Part shown: one piece after another, positions 32,123 through 35,787 of the stretch
How the letters are laid out: every line of letters starts with the position of its first letter
Numbering within the stretch: the stretch's first letter is position 1
NCBI GenBank assembly: GCA_035526885.1
Contig: DATLBM010000269.1
Span: forward strand, 1 to 35,787
DNA from: Thermoanaerobaculia bacterium
Lineage (GTDB): Bacteria; Acidobacteriota; Thermoanaerobaculia; Gp7-AA8
DNA length: 35,787 nucleotides
Direction of reading: 5' to 3'
Made by a program: the position numbers and the translations under genes
Notes under the pieces: model-generated
The model's input: only the letters and a program-made list of their open reading frames with translations
The model's database searches: none
What the model was told of the DNA's origin: nothing

Positions 32123-34006
32123 ATGCCGCGCATGCACGACCATCGGGGACGGCGGCAGCTGCGACGGCTGCACGCGCCGCGTTTCGTGACCGGACTGCGC
32201 AACGGCTTCCGCCCGCCGCGCCGTTTCCGCAACGTCCTCGGCATCGCCTGCACCGGCCACGGCGCCAGTCTCGCGCTGGTGACCGAGGAGGGGACCGTGC
32301 GCGCGTCGGTGCTCGATCGCTGGTCGGGCAAGAAACACGCGCTGCTCCTCGCGCGGCAGGAAGCGCAGGACATCCTCCACCCGCGCTCGAAGATCGACAA
32401 GGCCATTCACTTCCTGCTCACCTGCGGGCGCGAGATGCCGCCCGTGCTCATCTTCGAAGACGTGATCAGCGACTGGACGACGTGGCTCCTGCGCGGCACC
32501 GGCCTGGCGCTGGAAGACATCGACCTGATCGTGAACAGCGAGAGCTACTTCGCGACCTGCCGCCGCCGCCTCGGCGGGAAACTGCACCGCTGGTTTCCGA
32601 ACGCGTGGGTCGCGGCCGGCATCGAGCATCACGAGGTGCATCAGCGTCAGGCGTTCTGGCAGAGCGGATTCGACGAGGCCGCGGTCCTGACCCTCGATGC
32701 CTGCGGCGAGCCGCTGGACCGCCTCGGCAAGCGCTCGCTGGCCGGCACGATCACGCGGATGGATGCCACCGGCCGCGCGGAGACGATGGCGCAGTTGTTC
32801 TTTCCCGAATCGAGTCCGGGGCTGATCTACGACGTCGTCAACCGCCACGCCGGATTTCAGCTCGGCGACGAGGGCAAGACCATGGGCCTCGCGCCGTACG
32901 GCAGACGCGACGCGCTCCTCGATTCGCTGCAGCCGCAACTGCGTCTTCATCCCGACGGACACTTCGACTTCATCCCGCACCGGCAGCTCGAGGAGCGTTT
33001 GCGCGAGTACGTGCCGCAGCGCGGACGCGGCGATGCGATGACGCCGCGCCACGAGAACGTCGCGTACGCGGGCCAGGCGCTGCTCGAGCAGATCGTGGAG
33101 AACGCGTTCGCGGCGGCGTTGCGCGTCACGGGCCAGCGCAAGCTCGCCTACGCCGGCGGCGTGGCGCTGAACAGCGTGGCCAACGAGCTGGCGTTTCGCG
33201 CGACGCGCCCCGACGCGCTCTACATCGCCCCGAACGGCGGCGACACCGGCCACGCCCTCGGCGCCGCACTGTTCGGCGCGTACGAGATCGCGGGCTTCGC
33301 TCCGCCGTTGCGGGAAGTGCCGGACGCGCTCGGCCCCGAGTATTCGCTGCACGAATTGCGTGAGGCGGCGCAGGCGTCGGGCGCGTTCGTGAGCGAGCCG
33401 GCGGACGCGGCGGAGGAACTGGCGCGTGCGATCGCGGCGGGCTGCATCACCGCGCGGTTCGACGGACGCGCGGAGTACGGCCCGCGCGCTCTCGGCAATC
33501 GCAGCATCCTCTGCGATCCGCGCGCCGCGGAGATGAAGGATCACCTCAACGCCCGCGTGAAGTTCCGCGAGGGATTCCGTCCGTTCGCGCCGGCGGTGCT
33601 CGAAGAAAACGCGTCCGAGTACTTCGACATCGAGGGACGCAGCGCGTACATGCTGCGCGTCGTGCCGGCGCGCGCGTCGCGCCAGGACCGCATCGCCGCG
33701 ACGGTGCACGTCGACGGCTCGTGCCGCGTGCAGACGGTGTCGCGCGACGACAACGCCGGCTTCTACGACGTCATCCGCGCGTTCGAGAGGATCACGGACG
33801 TGCCGGTCGTGCTCAACACGTCGTTCAACATCGCCGGCAAGCCGATCGTGGAGACGCCGCTCGATGCCGTGCGCTGCTTCAACGAAACGGCGATCGACGT
33901 CCTGGCCCTCGGCCCGTTCATGCTGACGAAGACGCCGGCCGCAGCGTGGCGCGACGCCACACCCTCCGCGCGATCCGGCGCGCCGTCGCCCGTCCCGAGT
34001 CGTTGA
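32123..34006 (+). CDS. NodU/CmcH-family carbamoyltransferase
   Basis: LGIACTGHGASLALV, YAGGVALNSVANE, KFREGFRPFAPAVLEE, HVDGSCRVQTV, NTSFNIAGKPIVETP. An alternative ATG is at 32132. Confidence 0.9.
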   Translation: MPRMHDHRGRRQLRRLHAPRFVTGLRNGFRPPRRFRNVLGIACTGHGASLALVTEEGTVRASVLDRWSGKKHALLLARQEAQDILHPRSKIDKAIHFLLTCGREMPPVLIFEDVISDWTTWLLRGTGLALEDIDLIVNSESYFATCRRRLGGKLHRWFPNAWVAAGIEHHEVHQRQAFWQSGFDEAAVLTLDACGEPLDRLGKRSLAGTITRMDATGRAETMAQLFFPESSPGLIYDVVNRHAGFQLGDEGKTMGLAPYGRRDALLDSLQPQLRLHPDGHFDFIPHRQLEERLREYVPQRGRGDAMTPRHENVAYAGQALLEQIVENAFAAALRVTGQRKLAYAGGVALNSVANELAFRATRPDALYIAPNGGDTGHALGAALFGAYEIAGFAPPLREVPDALGPEYSLHELREAAQASGAFVSEPADAAEELARAIAAGCITARFDGRAEYGPRALGNRSILCDPRAAEMKDHLNARVKFREGFRPFAPAVLEENASEYFDIEGRSAYMLRVVPARASRQDRIAATVHVDGSCRVQTVSRDDNAGFYDVIRAFERITDVPVVLNTSFNIAGKPIVETPLDAVRCFNETAIDVLALGPFMLTKTPAAAWRDATPSARSGAPSPVPSR

Positions 34007-34643
34007 AGTCGAGGATGCAGTTCGCCGCCACGACACGGCTGAACGCGCGCATCGTCAGGGCCGGCACGAGCGATGTCGTGAAGGCATGCGGGAAACGCAC
34101 GAGATGCACATCGTCCGCGTGCGTTTCGAGAATGCCGGCCAGCATGGCCGGACCGGTGCGCTCGGTGACGAAGCAGTTCGCATGAGCCTCGTCTTCGAGC
34201 CGCGCCAGCACGTCGTCCCACAACGGATGCGCGGGCACGCTGGCCAGAAACGAGTTCGTGGCATCGGCGAAACGCGTGGCCGCGGGCCGCGGATGCGTGT
34301 AGTTCGTGACGCACAAGCGCGCATCGCCGAGTAGTGAATCGACGGGACGGCGGCATTCGACGTCGACGTCCGCGTACACGCCTCCGAATCGCTGCAGCAG
34401 CGCGTAACGTGCGACGTCCGCGCGCGCGGTGAGCTCGGGCTGTTTCTCGTAGACGCGCCACCACGCCGTGCCGTTCAGCACTGCGCGCAGCGACGACTCA
34501 TCCCACAGGCGGTGCGTCCATCCGGGATGGCGCAGCGTCCACGTGGCGGTGAGCTCGCGATAGCGAGCGGGCAGTGCGGCGGCGCCCTGAATCCAGATCT
34601 GATGGATGATGCGCGGAATGCCGCTCGCGTTCTCGGAGCTCAT
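33918..34643 (-). CDS. glycosyltransferase with DXD sugar-binding region (OCH1/GT32-like)
   Basis: IPRIIHQIWIQG...LPARY...W...HPGWTHRLWDE and RADVARYALLQRFGGVYADVDVE. It overlaps the convergent carbamoyltransferase 3' end by 89 bp. Confidence 0.75.
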   Translation of the reverse strand: MSSENASGIPRIIHQIWIQGAAALPARYRELTATWTLRHPGWTHRLWDESSLRAVLNGTAWWRVYEKQPELTARADVARYALLQRFGGVYADVDVECRRPVDSLLGDARLCVTNYTHPRPAATRFADATNSFLASVPAHPLWDDVLARLEDEAHANCFVTERTGPAMLAGILETHADDVHLVRFPHAFTTSLVPALTMRAFSRVVAANCILDFNDSGRATARRIARRVWRRATLRPASSSA

Positions 34644-35169
34644 GCTCTACTCACGCGCCAACGTGGCCGCGCCCACGCAGCTGATGGTCGTCGCGCACCC
34701 CGATGACGAGACCATCTTCGGCGGCGAGGCGCTGCTCGCGAGCCGCGACTGGACGGTGGTCTCCGTCACGAACGCGCGCAATCCGCCGCGGCGCGCGGAG
34801 TTCATGGCCGCGATGTCCGCGGCCGGCGCGAACTGGTTCATCCTGGATCACGCCGATCATCTCACGGACGGCGATTTCGATCCCCGCCTCCGCGAACAGC
34901 TGGCGTGGATTCTCGGCGACGCGCATTACGAGCACGTCGTGACGCACGGCGCGCGCGGCGAGTACGGCCACCCGCAGCATCGCGCGCTGCACACGATCGT
35001 CGATGCGATGGTGCCCGGTGCGCTCTCGGTCTTCGGTCATCACTGGGGTCTGCGCCCGACGATCACGAGCGCGAAACGCGCGCTGCTCGCGCACTACCCC
35101 AGCCAGCGCGCGAGCATCACGCGTACGTGGCTGTGGGCATCGCGGGAGCGGCTGCGCCGCATCCGGTAG
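34642..35169 (+). CDS. PIG-L / LmbE-family N-acetylglucosaminyl deacetylase
   Basis: MVVAHPDDETIFGG and HGARGEYGHPQH motifs. The start is uncertain: in-frame ATGs at 34606, 34609, 34618 and 34642. 34642 gives the usual short N-terminus. Confidence 0.75.
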   Translation: MLYSRANVAAPTQLMVVAHPDDETIFGGEALLASRDWTVVSVTNARNPPRRAEFMAAMSAAGANWFILDHADHLTDGDFDPRLREQLAWILGDAHYEHVVTHGARGEYGHPQHRALHTIVDAMVPGALSVFGHHWGLRPTITSAKRALLAHYPSQRASITRTWLWASRERLRRIR

Positions 35170-35174
35170 TCAAC

Positions 35175-35585
35175 TCATTCCGCGCCCTCTCCCGCGGCGT
35201 ACTCTTCGTCGGTGACGTGCTGCAGCCACTCGACCGCTTTGCCGTCGAGGCTTTCGATCAACGCGATGTGGGTCATCGCCGTGGTCGACGTACCGCCGTG
35301 CCAGTGCTTTTCGTTGGGCGGGCACCAGACGATGTCGCCGGGACGGATCTTGATCACCGGTCCGCCTTCGCTCTGCACGAGGCCGCAGCCGGCGGTGACG
35401 ATCAGCATCTGACCGAGCGGATGCTTGTGCCACGCGGTGCGCGCACCGGGCTCGAACGTGACGATCGCGCCGCCGAGGCGCGCCGGCGCCGTGGTCGGGA
35501 TCAACGGGTCGATGCGCACGTTGCCCGTAAAGGTCGCCGCGGGACCTTTCGCCGAGGGTTGAGAGCCGCTGCGTTGAATGTTCAT
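35175..35585 (-). CDS. cupin-domain protein
   Basis: [21 protein letters not shown]...[18 protein letters not shown] (cupin motifs 1 and 2). ATG 35585 is preceded by AAGGATGG. Confidence 0.85.
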   Translation of the reverse strand: MNIQRSGSQPSAKGPAATFTGNVRIDPLIPTTAPARLGGAIVTFEPGARTAWHKHPLGQMLIVTAGCGLVQSEGGPVIKIRPGDIVWCPPNEKHWHGGTSTTAMTHIALIESLDGKAVEWLQHVTDEEYAAGEGAE

Positions 35586-35712
35586 CGATCCACCATCCTT
35601 TGCGAGCCTGTAGTAGAGTCTAGCGTTTGCGAGTAACTTACAGAATCTACAGGGCCCGTAGAAAGACGAATCCCGTCGCTCGCTCCAGTGTTGATTGCGC
35701 GGTGATGCCAGC
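35586..35712. promoter_or_regulatory. intergenic region upstream of the cupin gene with nested short palindromes (possible operator)
   Basis: CCTGTAG (35607-35613) / CTACAGG (35647-35653), with inner palindromes TAGAGTCTA (35614-35622) and GTAACTTAC (35633-35641). Confidence 0.3.
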
Positions 35713-35787
35713 ATGCTCGGTCGCATCCTTTACGTCGCGTCGTCTTTGCTCGTTGCGTGTTGCACGCTCGCGGATGGGCGCTTCGTC
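35713..35787 (+). CDS. possible start of a lipoprotein gene, truncated by the window end
   Basis: The ATG at 35713 gives [25 protein letters not shown], a signal-peptide-like h-region followed by a lipobox-like LVAC. Only 25 codons are visible. Confidence 0.25.
   Translation, partial: MLGRILYVASSLLVACCTLADGRFV

Noticed and set aside
32090-34036. N-terminal 649 aa of the 878-aa minus-strand ORF 31400..34036
   Set aside because: It is antisense to the clearly recognisable carbamoyltransferase. Only the C-terminal FkbM-like part (31400..32089) has a family signature.

Overview
Very GC-rich bacterial window; real genes have almost all third codon positions G/C, and long Arg/Ala/Pro-rich shadow ORFs cover both strands. 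I recognise no rRNA, tRNA or CRISPR array. Layout: (1) nt 1-4550 hold a truncated membrane protein and a small defence/mobile-type islet: RadC, an XRE-HTH/S24 repressor, and a Septu-like AAA-ATPase plus degenerate-HNH pair. (2) nt 4561-12775 form one translationally coupled minus-strand operon for a dedicated type-II FAS/PKS-like system: FabZ-like DH, FabL-like ER, FabG KR, an extended ACP, a fused KS-CLF, an alpha/beta-hydrolase joined to truncated-A/PCP/TE, and a SAM methyltransferase. (3) nt 12813-35169 continue as a lipid/terpenoid/sugar-tailoring cluster. It encodes an FAD oxidoreductase, glycosyltransferases, a polyprenyl synthase, a tocopherol-cyclase-like protein, a terpene-synthase-like/methyltransferase fusion, an acyl-AMP ligase-carrier-acyltransferase protein, an FkbM-type methyltransferase, a carbamoyltransferase and a PIG-L deacetylase. 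Two things stand out. First, a tightly coupled three-gene operon (16288-21168, proteins of 432, 880 and 304 aa) matches no family I recognise, has atypical amino-acid composition, and is coupled to a glycosyltransferase; I propose it as a candidate lipid-binding/transfer or toxin-like complex. Second, a dispersed family of about 56-78 nt palindromic elements with a GGGCTTCAGCCC / GGGCTGAAGCCC core occurs six times. Four copies lie in frame inside long ORFs and appear to be translated. One copy supplies a stop codon. One is flanked by a perfect 14-bp direct duplication that preserves the 3' ends of two convergent genes. All functional calls come from motif recognition by eye; no database search was run.
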